NCBI GenBank assembly: GCA_951406725.2
Contig: OX597833.1
Location: 47,244,001 to 47,308,000, forward strand
Source of the DNA: Octopus vulgaris
Taxonomy: Eukaryota
Direction of reading: 5' to 3'
Length of the DNA: 64,000 nt
Part shown: piece after piece, positions 12,425-25,355 of the stretch
Position numbering within the stretch: position 1 is the stretch's first letter
Layout: each line of letters starts with the position of its first letter
Made by a program: the position numbers and the translations under genes
The notes under the pieces: generated by a model
What the model was told of the DNA's origin: nothing
Database searches by the model: none
The model's input: the letters and a program-made list of their open reading frames with translations, nothing else

Positions 12425-13248
12425 GGTGCAGGTGTTGTTGTATGGTAAGAAGTTTTCTTCCCAACTACATGGATCCGGGTTCAGTCCCACTACATGGCTC
12501 CTTAAGCAACTGTCTTCTACTATAGCCTCAGACTTACTAATGTCATATGAGTGGATTTGGTAGATGGAAATTGAAAGAAGCCCATCGAATATATATATGT
12601 ATGTATCTATATGTATGTGTTTATCCTCCTACCATTGCTTGACAATTGGTGTTAATGTGTTTACATCCCTGTAACATAGTGGTTCAGCAAAGAGAGACCG
12701 ATAGAATAAGTACTAGGCTTACAAAGAATAAGTCCTGGGGTAAATTTTTTCAAATAAAAAAAAAAACCTTTAAAGTGGTGCTCCAGCATGGCCACAGTCA
12801 AATGACTGAAGCAAGTAAAAAAGTTAAAGGCACAGGAGTGGCTGTGTGGTAGGTAGCTTGTTTACCAACCACATGGTTCCGGGTTCTGTCCCACTGCGTG
12901 GCACCTTGGGCAAGTGTCTTCTAACTATAGCCTCGGGCCGACCAATGCCTAGTGAGTGGATTTGGTAGACGGAAACTGAAAGAAGTCTGTCGTATATATG
13001 TATATATTTATATATATGTATATATTTGTATATATGTATGTGTGTGTATATGTCTGTGTTTGCCTCCCTAGCATTGCTTGACAACCGATGCTGGTGTATT
13101 TACGTCCCCGGCAAAAGAGACCGATAGAATAAGTACTGGGCTTACAAAGAGTGGGACCCGGGGGGGGGGGTCGATTTGCTTGACTAAAGGCGGTGCTCCA
13201 GCATGGCCACAGTCGAATGACTGAAACAAGTAAAAGAGTAAAAGAGTA
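12425..13248 (+). mobile_element. Two tandem SINE B copies
   Basis: Heads at 12425 and 12829, each followed by the body and a GTAAAA tail. Confidence 0.85.
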
Positions 13249-13805
13249 TAATATATGTCACAGGAACTGGGAAACTGGCCCTTTGCTCCCTAAGGAACAA
13301 TGTGAACTAACCATATATTTTAAAGACATCTTCATAAAAACTTTTGTCAGGATTATAACAAAGTTGAACATTGTTTTATCAGTGAGCAGAAAACATGACT
13401 GCTAATGCACCAAGATCCAACAGAATTCTTTTATATAAAAATACTCAAATTCTTTAATAATTTCCATAAAAATTTAATACAAAGGGACTTGTCCACAGAG
13501 ATATTAAAAAGAGGCACATACTGGATGGAATAATATAAGAAACTATGAATATATACCATTCACTGCACAAAACTAGCTTCTGTTTTATTAAAATAATTTA
13601 CAATCTGCTGGGGTGGGGGTGAGGTTCATCATAAAACTTATCAAGCGGATGTTTGTAAAATACCATTCAGTAACAGGAAGTATTGAGCTACAGAAGTGGG
13701 AAAAATATCACTAATACATACCAATATATAAAGTTACAGATATTTTACTAAAGCCCTCTAAAATCATGATTATATTGAAAATTAATTAAATATATGTTCT
13801 TGAAA

Positions 13806-14213
13806 TACTCTTTTACTCTCTCTTTTACTTGTTTCAGTCTCTTGACTGTGGCCATACTGGAGCACCACCTTTAGTTGAACAAATCGATCCCAGGACTTGT
13901 TCTTTGTAAGCCTAGTACTTATTCTATCAGTCTCTTTTGCCAAACCGCTAAGTTACGGGGATGTAAACACACCAGCATCTGTTATCAAGCGATGTTGGGG
14001 GGACAAATACAGACACACAAACACAGACACACAAACACACACACACACACATACGACGGGCTTCTTTCAGTTTCCGTCTACCAAATCCACTCACAAGGCT
14101 TTGGTTGGCCCAAGGCTATAGCAGAAGACACTTGCCCAAGGTGCCACACAGTGGGACTGAACCCGGAACCACATGGTTGGTAAGCAAGCTACTTACTACA
14201 CAACTACTCCTGC
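13806..14213 (-). mobile_element. SINE B
   Basis: Full-length match to family B on the minus strand. Confidence 0.88.
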
Positions 14214-14973
14214 TTTTTTTTTTACACATATTTAAGTAATTGCACATTAAAATACTAATATTAATTAATTTCTCTTTAGAGCTTCAGTTAATGTGATGTG
14301 TCAGAGATAAAGAAAAGGGAACTCTATTTCACAGTCTTTGAAGATATCAGGACACTATTTTTATCTCCAAACAGATCAAGTTACCAAATCCTGTCCCACT
14401 GACAACACTATTACAGCATATAGCCTAGTCAGTGTTAACATATTTAATGTAATGAGCATAAAAAAAAACAACTGAAAATAATTATGCAATGAAAGAACGA
14501 AAGATTATTATTGACTTAATGACTGATATTTTAATAATTTCAGTAACTATGGAAGACAACTCTTAAACTGTTTCGGTCTTATTATACTTCTTCAAACAAG
14601 CAATGGAGATGGTGTCGCTGAGTAACTTCAGTGATTATTTTTAATATATATATACAACAGTGGTGCCCCAGCATGGCTGAAACATTTTTAAGGATTTAAG
14701 GATTTAATAGATGTAGTTGTAGCTGTGTGGTTAAAAAAATTTGCTTCTAAACAACATGGTTTAGGGTTCAATACAATTATATGGCATTTTGGGCAAGTAT
14801 CTTCTACTATAGCCCTAAGCTGACCAAAGTCTTGTCAGTTGATTTTTTTAATTTTATTTTTATTTTTTATTTTATCTAGTTTCAGCTCACGAGCTGTGGC
14901 CATGTTGGGGCACCGCCATTTGGTAGAAGGTAACTAAAACAAGCCCTTCCTTGAGTGTGTGCATGTGCGTGTG

Positions 14974-15007
<34 letters not shown>

Positions 15008-15164
15008 TGTACCTTCTTTGTCTTGGCATCACGTGAAAATTGTAAATCAGTGTCCGTGTCATATAAGCAGTGTCATTCATTTCCACTATTGTGTGGAAAC
15101 ATATCTGGCCATGGGGAAATACTATCTTTTCGTGGAAGAAGGTTTGTGTTCCTATAACTTGTGT

Positions 15165-15570
15165 TAATTCTATAACCCTTTAAAATGGAAGATAAGAAAG
15201 TTCATTTTTGGCACTTGATGCTTTGGGAACCAGACAAAAATTGCTGCAGCTCAGCTGGGATGTGTCACCCCACCCTCCATATTCACCAGATGTTGCTCCT
15301 TTGGATTTCCACTTATTCAGGTCTCTGCAGAATAGTCTTAATGGTAAAAATTTCAATTCCTTGGATGACGTAAAAAGATACCTTGATGAATTCTTTGCCA
15401 AGAAACCACGTCAATTCTGGGAAGAGGGTATTTTCAAGTTAAAGGAAAGATGGAGACGCATTGTGCAAAAAAATGGTTCATATTTGGTTGATTAAAAATG
15501 AAATGGCAAGTATTTATTGACCTTTTTCTTTCCTTTAAAAATCAGCATGAACTTTCCGGACAACCCAATA
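15165..15570 (+). mobile_element. Internally deleted mariner, same subfamily as 1270-1786
   Basis: MEDKKVHFWHLML N-terminus fused out of frame to ...PPYSPDVAPLDFHLFRSLQ...GSYLVD*; 3' TIR CATGAACTTTCCGGACAACCCAATA. Confidence 0.9.
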
Positions 15571-15610
15571 GAACTGCTTGAAATAGTAGCTAAATCCCAA
15601 CCAACTTTAA

Positions 15611-16244
15611 CCCTTTAGCATTCACAATATTCTGTTAAAGGTAATGCTTATTTATTCACATTGTTTTGAATTAATATGTGTTATTTTGTAGCTTTGAGAT
15701 TTTGATAATGTAACGGTTAATTTTTAGAAGGATATTGTAGGGTTGGCATGAAAAATCAGATCTGGCCAGTATGAATATAAAACAGGTAGAATATTTTGGC
15801 CAGATATGGCTGGTTTAAATTCCTATTTCTTTACTGCCCACAAGGGACTACACACAGAGGGGACAAACAAGGGCAGACAAACGGATTAAGTCGATTATAT
15901 CGACCCCAGTGCATAACTGGTACTTATTTAATCAACCCCGAAAGGATGAAAGGCAAAGTCAACCTTGGCGGAATTTGAACTCAGAATGTAACAGCAGACA
16001 AAATACCTATTTCTTTATTACCCACAAGGGGCTAAACACAGAGGGGACAAACAAGGACAGACATAGGTATTAAGTCGATTACATCGACCCCAGTGCGTAA
16101 CTGGTACTTAATTTATCGACCCCGAGAGGATGAAAGCAAAGTCGACCTTGGAAGAGTTTGAACTCAGAACATAGCGGCAGACGAAATACCACTAAGCATT
16201 TCGCCCGGCATGCTAACATTTCTACCAGCTCACCACCTAAAGGG
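15611..16244. mobile_element. TTAA-type (piggyBac-like) MITE containing a dimeric SINE A (15823-16237, minus)
   Basis: Ends TTAA|CCCTTTAGCATT...CTAAAGGG|TTA; related copies at 50838-51026 and 59112-60216. Confidence 0.7.
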
Positions 16245-16571
16245 TTAGAAGCAAATATCCTTCCATGTTGTAACTAACCCCCACCTCCCCCCAAAAAAGA
16301 ACAAAACTGTATATTTTAAATTCCTTGCTTTTAATATATTACAAATATAATCAGAAACACCTGCATAACAACGCCATTTATTGATTGAATAGGTATATTG
16401 ATTCAAAGCATGGAGAATATGCTAAATATATGGCAAATATTCCAAGATCATAACCTCAAGATTTGGTTGCTACAAATTCTTTTCTCTCCAACCATTTACT
16501 ATTTCTTCGGATGTAATATCCTATACCAATGGTATTACAATTACATCCTTTTCCAGCTTCATAGGGCTAAT

Positions 16572-16573
16572 GC

Positions 16574-16608
<35 letters not shown>

Positions 16609-16725
16609 CCACCACCATCATCATTGTTGTCATTGCCATCGCAATCACCATCATTGTCACTGCTACTGCTGTAGTCACCATTACCATCACTGCTGCTGTC
16701 GTTGTTGTGGTTGCCGTGGTCGTCG

Positions 16726-16809
<84 letters not shown>

Positions 16810-16971
16810 CCTTCAACATCATTTCAACATCACCATCACTGCCACCCCTACTGCCATCCCTGTTAACATCACTGTTGACATCATGGTTGTTGTCATCGTT
16901 GCCACCACCGCCGCCAACACCACCACCACCACCACCACCATCAACACCACCACCACCACCACCACCACACC

Positions 16972-17040
<69 letters not shown>

Positions 17041-17150
17041 GTCATCATCATCATCACCTTCAACATCATTTCAACATCGCTGTCACTGTTGACATCATGG
17101 TTGTTGTCGTTGTTGCCATTGTCGTTGTTGCCATTGTCGTCGTCATCATC
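16572..17150. repeat. Compound trinucleotide tract (CAT/CAC/GTT) expanded from a family E tail
   Basis: Abuts a degenerate family E element starting at 17151. Confidence 0.9.
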
Positions 17151-18073
17151 AACATCCACTTTCCCATGCTTTCATGGGTTGGATGGAGTTTATTAACGAT
17201 TTTCTATGGCTGGATATCCTTCAGGTCACCAATGCTTACCTGTTTCCAAACAAGATAATATTGCCCCTTTGGCTAGATATGTTTGCACAGAATATTGGAA
17301 ATGAATGACATTCATTACAATAACCATGTGATGTCAAGACAAAGTGACACAAACACTCTCACACACATATCCACATATATATATATACTTATACGCCCCC
17401 TACACACACACTATAGCTTTTTATACTGACCCTACATGCAAATAAAAGCAGTAAGCAATATTTTTCCAAGACAGGTTTGACCAGTAACCTAATAAATTTC
17501 TGAGTTCTAATGCCAAAAATAAAGGAAAGGATCACATAGTTATTCCATATTGGCTACCTCTAATGAGTGTATGGTTATATAATCAGATAGTTACCAAACA
17601 CTCCGTTGTACCCCCAGTGTGAAACCAATTGTTAAGATCAGCCGTGATGGATATATAATGCTGTACACTCCAGTTTCTGTCTACAAATCCACTCACAAGT
17701 CTTTGGCTGGCCTGGAACTGTAGCTATAGTAGAAGACACTTGCCAAAGGTGCCATGCAGTGGGAGTGAACCTGAAACCATATTATTAGGAAGCAAATGTT
17801 TTAACTACATATCCATGCCTGCATTTATACATTTTGCACAATTCCAAGCTCATTTCTCTCTTACTGAAAACAGGGAACAATTTGACCTGAATATTAAATT
17901 TGTCCTGTATAATAGGACATAAGATGGCTATGTCCCTTATCTTTAACCTTTGTAATGTCAAAATTTAAAGAAATTCTGCCTAAGGCATTACAATGCATTG
18001 CTTCTTCTTTTTTGTTTGTTTTCTTCTTTCCAAGGAACATAACTTTACTTATAAACAACAAAAAAAAACAAGA

Positions 18074-18489
18074 AGTGGCTGTGTGGTAAGTAGCTTGCTT
18101 ACGAACCACATGCTTCCGGGTTCAGTCCCACTGCGTGGCACCTTGGGCAAGTGTCTTCTACTATAGCCTCGGGCCGACCAACGCCTTGTGAGTGGATTTG
18201 GTAGACGGAAACTGAAAGAAGCCTGTCGTATATATGTATATATATATATATGTGTGTGTGTGTATATGTTTGTGGGTCTGTGTTTGTCCCCCTAGCATTG
18301 CTTGACAACTGATGCTGGTGTGTTTACGTCCCCGTCACTTAGCGGTTCGGCAAAAGAGACCGATAGAATAAGTACTGGGCTTACAAAAGAATAAGTCCTG
18401 GGATCGAGTTGCTCGACTAAAGGCGGTGCTCCTGCATGGCTGCAGTCAAATGACTGAAACAAGTAAAAGAGTAAAAGAGTAAGAGAGTA
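18074..18489 (+). mobile_element. SINE B
   Basis: Near-consensus copy with a (GTAAAAGA)n tail. Confidence 0.9.
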
Positions 18490-19545
18490 TTTTTGGTTGG
18501 CATTAGAAAATGAATCCAGGTGCTAAATTTCTATTCTAAGAATGTACATAATATAAATGCTTGGTTTCTTGCAATTATTCAACCATATAATCCAAACTAT
18601 TGTGAAAGAATACATTGAAAAAATTCCAAATAACTATCTAAAATGAGATCTCTATATATCATGTTAATGGTCTCTTTTAAGCATAAATTTCTCTTTGACT
18701 AGCAGAATCATGATGAAAATTTATACTGAGTTGCATCACAGCAAGAATTCATTAGAGAAAACTATGGAAGTCTATAACCTCATAAAAATTTTAGAATCTT
18801 GGGAGATGGGTAGATAAGCTAGAAGCAGATTTATATTCCATCAGTGGTATACACACACACACCCTTTAAGGTGGTGCTCCAGCATGGCCATAGTCAAATA
18901 ACTGAAAAAAAGTGAAAGAAAGAATGCTTCTGAAACTCTGCTTTCTTTATAGGTAGGGGTGTTGACATTAAACAAACTCATTTTTAACTCTGGGATGAAG
19001 TGGTCTGTATCAGTCTGGCCTTTATCCATTGACCTGTCCAGCATGAGAGCCCCTCCCAAGAGCTTGCACTCAGCTGTCAAAGCTGTCAGGGTCAACAAGG
19101 CATAAAAGCTACCACCCCACACTAAGGGTTGGACCTTGAGATGGTTGTTGTAGTATCACATACCAATTGTCAATGAATAAAAGAGACAGAACTCCAAGGA
19201 ATTGTAATCTGTCTGTTACCAATAAAATAATTAATGGTTATACCCTGGACCAAAGACTTCTGATGGCTAAGATATAAATTGGTAGTTTGTTTTGTGAGTC
19301 AGTATGTATGTCGCTACTGACTGAATGAATGTCAGTCATGAAGAAGTATGTCTGGAATAAATGATGGTGATGGTGATGGTGGTGGAAGACATTTTACTAC
19401 AGTTACAATAGTAATGTAAAGGGCATGAGCCAATGAAAGAACTACAATAAGATTGCTCAACCTATATGAAAAAATATCAGTGGAATCTCAGTCTTATACA
19501 AAAACAAACAAAAAAATGCAGGAAATGTTGGACACTGTAGTTTCT

Positions 19546-19961
19546 TATTTCTTTACTGCCCACAAGGTGCTACACACGAAGGGGTCAAACAAGGTCAGAC
19601 AAATGGAGTAAGTCGATTATATCGACTCCAGTACGTAACTGGTACTTATTTAATAGACCCTGAAAGGATGAAAGGCAAAGTCGACCCTGGCGGAATTTGA
19701 ACTCAGAACGTAAAGACAGACGAAATACCTATTTCTTTACTACCCACAAGGGGCTAAACACAGAGAGGACAAACAAGGTCAGACAAACAGACCAAGTCGA
19801 TTATATCGACCCCAGTGCGTAACTGGTACTTATTTAATTGACCCCGAAAGGATGAAAGGCAAAGTCGACCCTGGCGGAATTTGAACTCAGAACGTAAAGA
19901 CAGATGAAATACCGCTAAGCATTTTGCCCGGCATGCTAACGTTTCTGCCAGCTCGCTGCCT
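19546..19961 (-). mobile_element. Dimeric SINE A
   Basis: TSD TGTAGTTTCT; the 3' ~185 nt is duplicated head-to-tail. Confidence 0.9.
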
Positions 19962-20615
19962 TGTAGTTTCTGATATACATATAGTAAAGCTGGTTGTAAT
20001 TGGAATGTCTTTCATCAAAGACTGATGGATCACTGGATTGGAGCAACTATGGGACTAAACTACAAGGGAGCGTTTACATCATCACATGAAATGCTAGGAA
20101 TGGCAACTAAATCTCACTTAAATTACAACCCTGTTGCCTAGAACAAACAGGAATAGCATACTGGACAATATAGTCTTCATATGTCTGTTGGATGATAGCT
20201 GACTTTCGGATAAACAACAACTAGATATATTACTACTTACAACTGTGTATTAAATTCTGAATATGGGAGATACATGGAAAGAACTCCACATAGATGCTCA
20301 GTCAGTAATATATATATATAGCAGCCAAATCTTCCTCAAATCACACTGAAGGTATAGATTGCCTACGGTAAATGTATGGAATGCTGATGACTTGAAAGCC
20401 CTTCATCATAGATCTTTTTTAAACTGGGCTGATTTGGGGGTTAGGCAAGGACAATGTAAAGAGCCTCAGGGAAAGTTGCAGAATCATCAGTTTATGAAAT
20501 GAAGCCAGGAGATATGTGCCGAGGTAAGGGGATGATAAGTAAAGGAGAAGGAGTCTCCCTTTGCTTTTGAATTAACCCTTTTAATGGACAGGGAAGGGTT
20601 TGCTTTTACACAGAA

Positions 20616-20646
<31 letters not shown>

Positions 20647-21063
20647 TATGTGTGTTGTGTTTATGAGTTTCTTTCAGTTTCCGTCTATCAAATCCACTCA
20701 CAAGGCTTTGGTTAGGCTGAGGCTATAGTAGAAGACACTTCCCCAAGGTGCTACGCAGTGGGACTGGACCCAGAACCACGGGGTTGGGAAGCAAGCTTCT
20801 CACCACACAGCCACACCAGCCCTCGAAAATCATCCCAAAATAATTTTTTATGGGTTTTAAAATAGAAAAGGTGCAGTTACAAGGAAAATGGCAGTTATAA
20901 AAACATAATAAAAGAAAATGCAAAATGTGTAAACTGGTTTTATTAGGTTAATTACATTAAAGATGGGACGAATTGTGCACGAGGCAGAAGACGGAGCAGA
21001 GAAGTGGGAGGTTATTGTTTGGAAGGAGAATGTCTTTCCATTAAGACTTCAGAAAGAACTATT

Positions 21064-21490
21064 TACTCATTACTCATTTACTCATTTACTTGTTTCAGTC
21101 ATTTGACTGTGGCCATGCTGGAGCACCGCCTTTAGTCGAGGAAATCGACCCCAGGGCTTATTCTTTGTAAGCCTAGTACTTATTCTATCGGTCTCTTTTG
21201 CCAAACCACTAAGTTACGGAGACATAAACACACCAGCATCGGTTGTCAAGCGATGTTGGTGGGGGGGGGGGCACAAACACAACACACAAACATACACATA
21301 TACATATATATATATATATATATATACAACGGGCTTCTTTCAGTTTCCGTCTACCAAATCCACTCACAAGGCTTTGGTCGGCCCAAGGCTATAGTAGAAG
21401 ACACTTGCTCAAGGTGCCACTCAGTGGGACTGAACCCAGAACCATGTGGTTCGTAAGCAAGCTATTTACCACACAGCCACTGCTACGCCT
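21064..21490 (-). mobile_element. SINE B inserted in the Tigger
   Basis: Full-length family B match. Confidence 0.88.
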
Positions 21491-21816
21491 GACATTTTCT
21501 CTCCCACTTCGCTTAATTTAGGCTTTTTGGACATACTTTCTTCAGTTTTCATACTTGCAGGTCGTTTCATTAGAAACATATCAAGAGAAGTCTGATTTTT
21601 CCTGCTTTTCAAAATGTTACGAAAATGTGCCAGAGCAGTGTCAGTAAACAATGCAGCTGTATGACCTAGAGATCCTATTTCAGGATGATATTTTTCTCCA
21701 AATTCAGAAACATATTGCCACGTTGCCAACATTGCCTTTATGTCATCTAGCCTTCTCCGCTACACTGGCCTCCTCTGGAGAACCAATCTCTTCCACTGCA
21801 TCTGATTGCTGCTGCT

Positions 21817-22216
21817 TTGTTTGTTTGTTTATTGAGTGAAGTGGTCTTCATCCCAGAGCTCGCAAGATCGCGCCTCTGCAGTGGGAGAAATCCGAAACGT
21901 GGTCCTTTGCTATTTATAAGACCCGCAGAAGAGAAAGCAGGTCAACCCCTGACACCGAGAGCATCGACGGATGGATGAATGCGCATCCAGGCTCAGCAGT
22001 TGCGTAGGAAGTTGGGGACAAGAAATAGGAAGAAAGAGTGAGAGAAAGTTGGAGTGAAAGAGTACAACAGGGGCTGCCACCACCCCTTGTCGGAGCCTCA
22101 TGAAGCTTTAGGCGTTTCCACTCAATAAACACACACAACGCCCGGTCTGGGAATCGAAACCGCAATCCTCCGACCGCGAGTCCGCTGTCCTTACCACTGG
22201 GTCATTGCGCCTCCAC
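21817..22216 (-). mobile_element. SINE family C, tail type 4, inserted in the Tigger ORF
   Basis: TSD TGCTGCTGCT; (AAAC)n tail after AATAAA. Confidence 0.9.
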
Positions 22217-23181
22217 TGCTGCTGCTCCTGAAGCTGCAGCAGTTCATCTGTCGTCAGCTCATCTGAGTGTTCCTCAAAGAAATCATTAATATCCCCAGCA
22301 TCAACCACAAGGCTCATGGACTTGCCAAGAGACACTATCTCCTTGACTACAAGTGTTTCAAACTCTAACACCCTGAAGTCTCTTTTGAATATGCAGTCAG
22401 ACCACAGTTTTCTCCATGTGGAATTCAGCGTTCTCCTTGTTACACCCTGCCAGGCCATATCAGTGTTGTAGTGCTCCTTCCAAAACTCACAAAGGGTTAG
22501 ATTTGTATTTTCAATGACATCAAAGCACCAACGAAACAGGTGCTTGGTGTACAATTTCTTAAAATTAGAAACCAGTTGTTGGTCCATGGGTTGCAAGCTA
22601 GGGATGGTGTTGCATGAAAGGTGTAGAACGTTTATGGATTTAAATTCATCCAGGATATTATCTTCGAAGTTAGGAGGGTGAGCAGCAGCATTTTCAAAGA
22701 TGAGGAGGGCCTTGAGAGGAAGATTGTTCTCCAAAAGGTACTTTTTCACTGCTGGTCTAAAGATAAGGTTGACCCACTTGGAGAATCTCCTTCCATTAAG
22801 ACTTCAGAAAGAACTATTTCTGACATTTTCTCTCCCACTTTGCTTAATTTAGGCTTCTTGGACATACTTTCTTCACTTTTCATATTTCATGCATGAATTC
22901 CAGCAGCTCATCGCAGCCAAGGGGTGAAGAATTACCTGGTGACCCAAGCATTAACATTTGCCCTCTCCATGACCAGCATTGTCTCCAAAATTTTGCACAA
23001 CTTGAATGCTTGTGGCTTTTTTGGAATGGGAGATAAGTCTCCACTCACATTGGCACAAAAGGCAAGAGTTAGCCTATATTTCATAGGCTTGTGGACTGGC
23101 ATTTTCTTCTCCTCTGCAGTTATGTAGGTTCTTCTGGGCAGTTTTTTACAAAAAAGGCCAGTTTTATCACAGTTGAATACT

Positions 23182-23604
23182 CATTTCTTTACTACCCACA
23201 AGGGGCTAAACACAGAGAGGGACAAACAAGGACAGACAAACGGATTAAGTCGATTATATCGACCCCAATGCGTAACTGGTACTTATTTAATCGACCCCGA
23301 AAGGATGAAAAGCAAAGTTGACCTCGGTGGAATTTGAACTCAGAACGTAGCGGCAGACGAAATACCTATTTCTATTTCTTTATTACCCACAAGGGGCTAA
23401 ACACAGAGAGGACAAACAAGGACAGACAAACAGATTAAGTCGATTATATCGACCCCAATGCGTAACTGGTACTTATTTAATCGACCCCAAAAGGATGAAA
23501 AGCAAAGTTGACCTCAGTGGAATTTGAACTCAGAACGTAACGGCAGATGAAAAACCGCTTAGCATTTCGCCCGGCATGCTAACGATTCTGCCAGCTTGCC
23601 GCCT
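23182..23604 (-). mobile_element. Dimeric SINE A inserted in the Tigger
   Basis: TSD TCACAGTTGAATACT. Confidence 0.9.
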
Positions 23605-24163
23605 TCACAGTTGAATACTTATTAGCTGCGATGAGCTGATGGAATTCATGCATGAAATCTTCAGCTGCCTTCATGTCAGAACTCACTGCTTCTCCATACC
23701 TGACGACACTATGAACACCAGTCCTCTTCTTGAAATTAGCAAATCAGCCGCAACAGGCCTTAAATGCATCTGCTGATGCGTCCTCCGTTGACGTTCCAGG
23801 GTTCTGCTTTAAGAAATCCCTAAACAGCACTCATGCTTTCTTACAGATGATGTTCTCATATCCCCTGTGAGTTGCTTTTTGTTGATCCACAGGAGAAGCA
23901 ATTTTTCCATCTCTTCATGGACAGATGTGCATTGCTTAGAGAGCCTGGAGACACCCTTTGCTGTTGTAATGGCCCTGATCTTGTCCTTTTTCTTCAGGAT
24001 GGTGCAGATCATCGATGTGCTATGTCCACCACATGCACTCCTCTTTTATGTTTATCAATGATTTCCTTCTCCAGTTCTATTGTAATCAGCTTTTTCTTCT
24101 CAGCACTGTCCTTTTCACTAACCTTAGGACAACTAATGGCTAACACAACTAATTATTATAGAA

Positions 24164-24529
24164 CTAGCACTGTGACCTGGCGTTGCCAGATCACAGTGCT
24201 AGTGCATGCATATACAGCTGCGTGCATGCATACATACATGCGAGTACTGTCCAAATCTCCGACCAATCACATACAGCTAGCTGGCATTCAAATGGCGTAT
24301 CAAGTTTCGGGTATTTTGATTGGGTTTTGGATAGAAAATTCACAAAAAAGTCACCTCTATTGATTTTTTAATGGCTTTACGGGGTGACTGGGGAAATGTA
24401 AAGATGTGCACGACCACCCTAGGACGGTTTTGAATGACCATATAAATGGCGAGCCATCTAACTGAAAAATTGTGGATTTGTAAAAAGGACACACACAGAC
24501 AGACATTTTGCCATTTATATATAGAGAGA
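24164..24529 (-). mobile_element. Non-autonomous Helitron
   Basis: On the minus strand: 5' TCTCTCTATATATAAA, 3' hairpin plus CTAG, inserted between A and T, no TSD. A sister copy lies at 48164-48505. Confidence 0.85.
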
Positions 24530-24812
24530 TAACAGCAAAAAAACATACAAAATAAAAAAAAAAAACACTGGGAAAAACACAAGGATGCTGGCACAATGAG
24601 ATAAACATGTGAACTGAGCAAGCAGAGGCTGCGCTTGTTGGGAGAGCATGTGGGAGCTCAGTGCTGACTAGCGGTCGCTCGTATGAGACTCACTCGTACT
24701 GTGGATTACCGCTCAAACTTCAAATCAAAAATTCACATGAGCCTCGGCTCGTACAGCAAATTACTCATACAATGGTGCATTCTACTGTGAGGTTCTACTT
24801 GTACAATGGTGC

Positions 24813-25182
24813 GTGGAGGCGCAATGGCCCAGTGGTTAGGGCAGCGGACTCGCGGTTTCAATTCCCAGACCGGGCGTTGTGAGTGTTTATTGAGCGAAAA
24901 CACCTAAAGCTCCGCGAGGCTCCGGCAGGGGATGGTAGTGATCCCTGCTGTACTCTTTCACTACAACTTTCTCTAACTCTTACTTCCTGTTTCTGTAGTA
25001 CCTGTATTTCAAAGGGCCGGCCTTGTCACTCTCTGTGACACGCTGAATATCCCTGAGAACTACGTTAAGGGTACACGTGTCTGTGGAGTGCTCAGCCACT
25101 TACACGTTAATTTCACAAGCAGGCTGTTCCGTTGATTCGGATCAACCGGAACCCTCGTCGTCATAACCGACGGAGTGCTTCC
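24813..25182 (+). mobile_element. SINE family C, tail type 5
   Basis: TSD ACAATGGTGC. Confidence 0.9.
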
Positions 25183-25355
25183 ACAATGGTGCATTCGTAC
25201 TGCGATTTGGGGTACACATTATTGACAACTCACAAAAATGATGAAACATCAATGTCTGTCGCTCCTGAATGGGATCGGATGCAAGTTATTTAGCTTATCT
25301 ATGACTTCTAGATTTATTAAAACCAGGCACACTAATGAGACTATATTCTTTTATG

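Larger units (their letters stand above)
20930..24803 (-). mobile_element. Degenerate Tigger/pogo DNA transposon with nested insertions
   Basis: CENP-B-type HTH (ICTILKKKDKI...EEMEKLLLLWI) at 23809-24130, DDE part (LKALLIFENAAAHP...LQPMDQQLVSNFKKLY) at 22220-22749, C-terminus at 21490-21800, and a TIR-like GAGGTTCTACTTGTA at about 24789-24803. Left boundary is approximate. Confidence 0.88.

Noticed and set aside
16398-17258. 286-aa ORF, the longest in the window
   Set aside because: Poly-I/P/H/V runs come from a stop-free trinucleotide tract expanded from a retroelement tail; non-ATG start.
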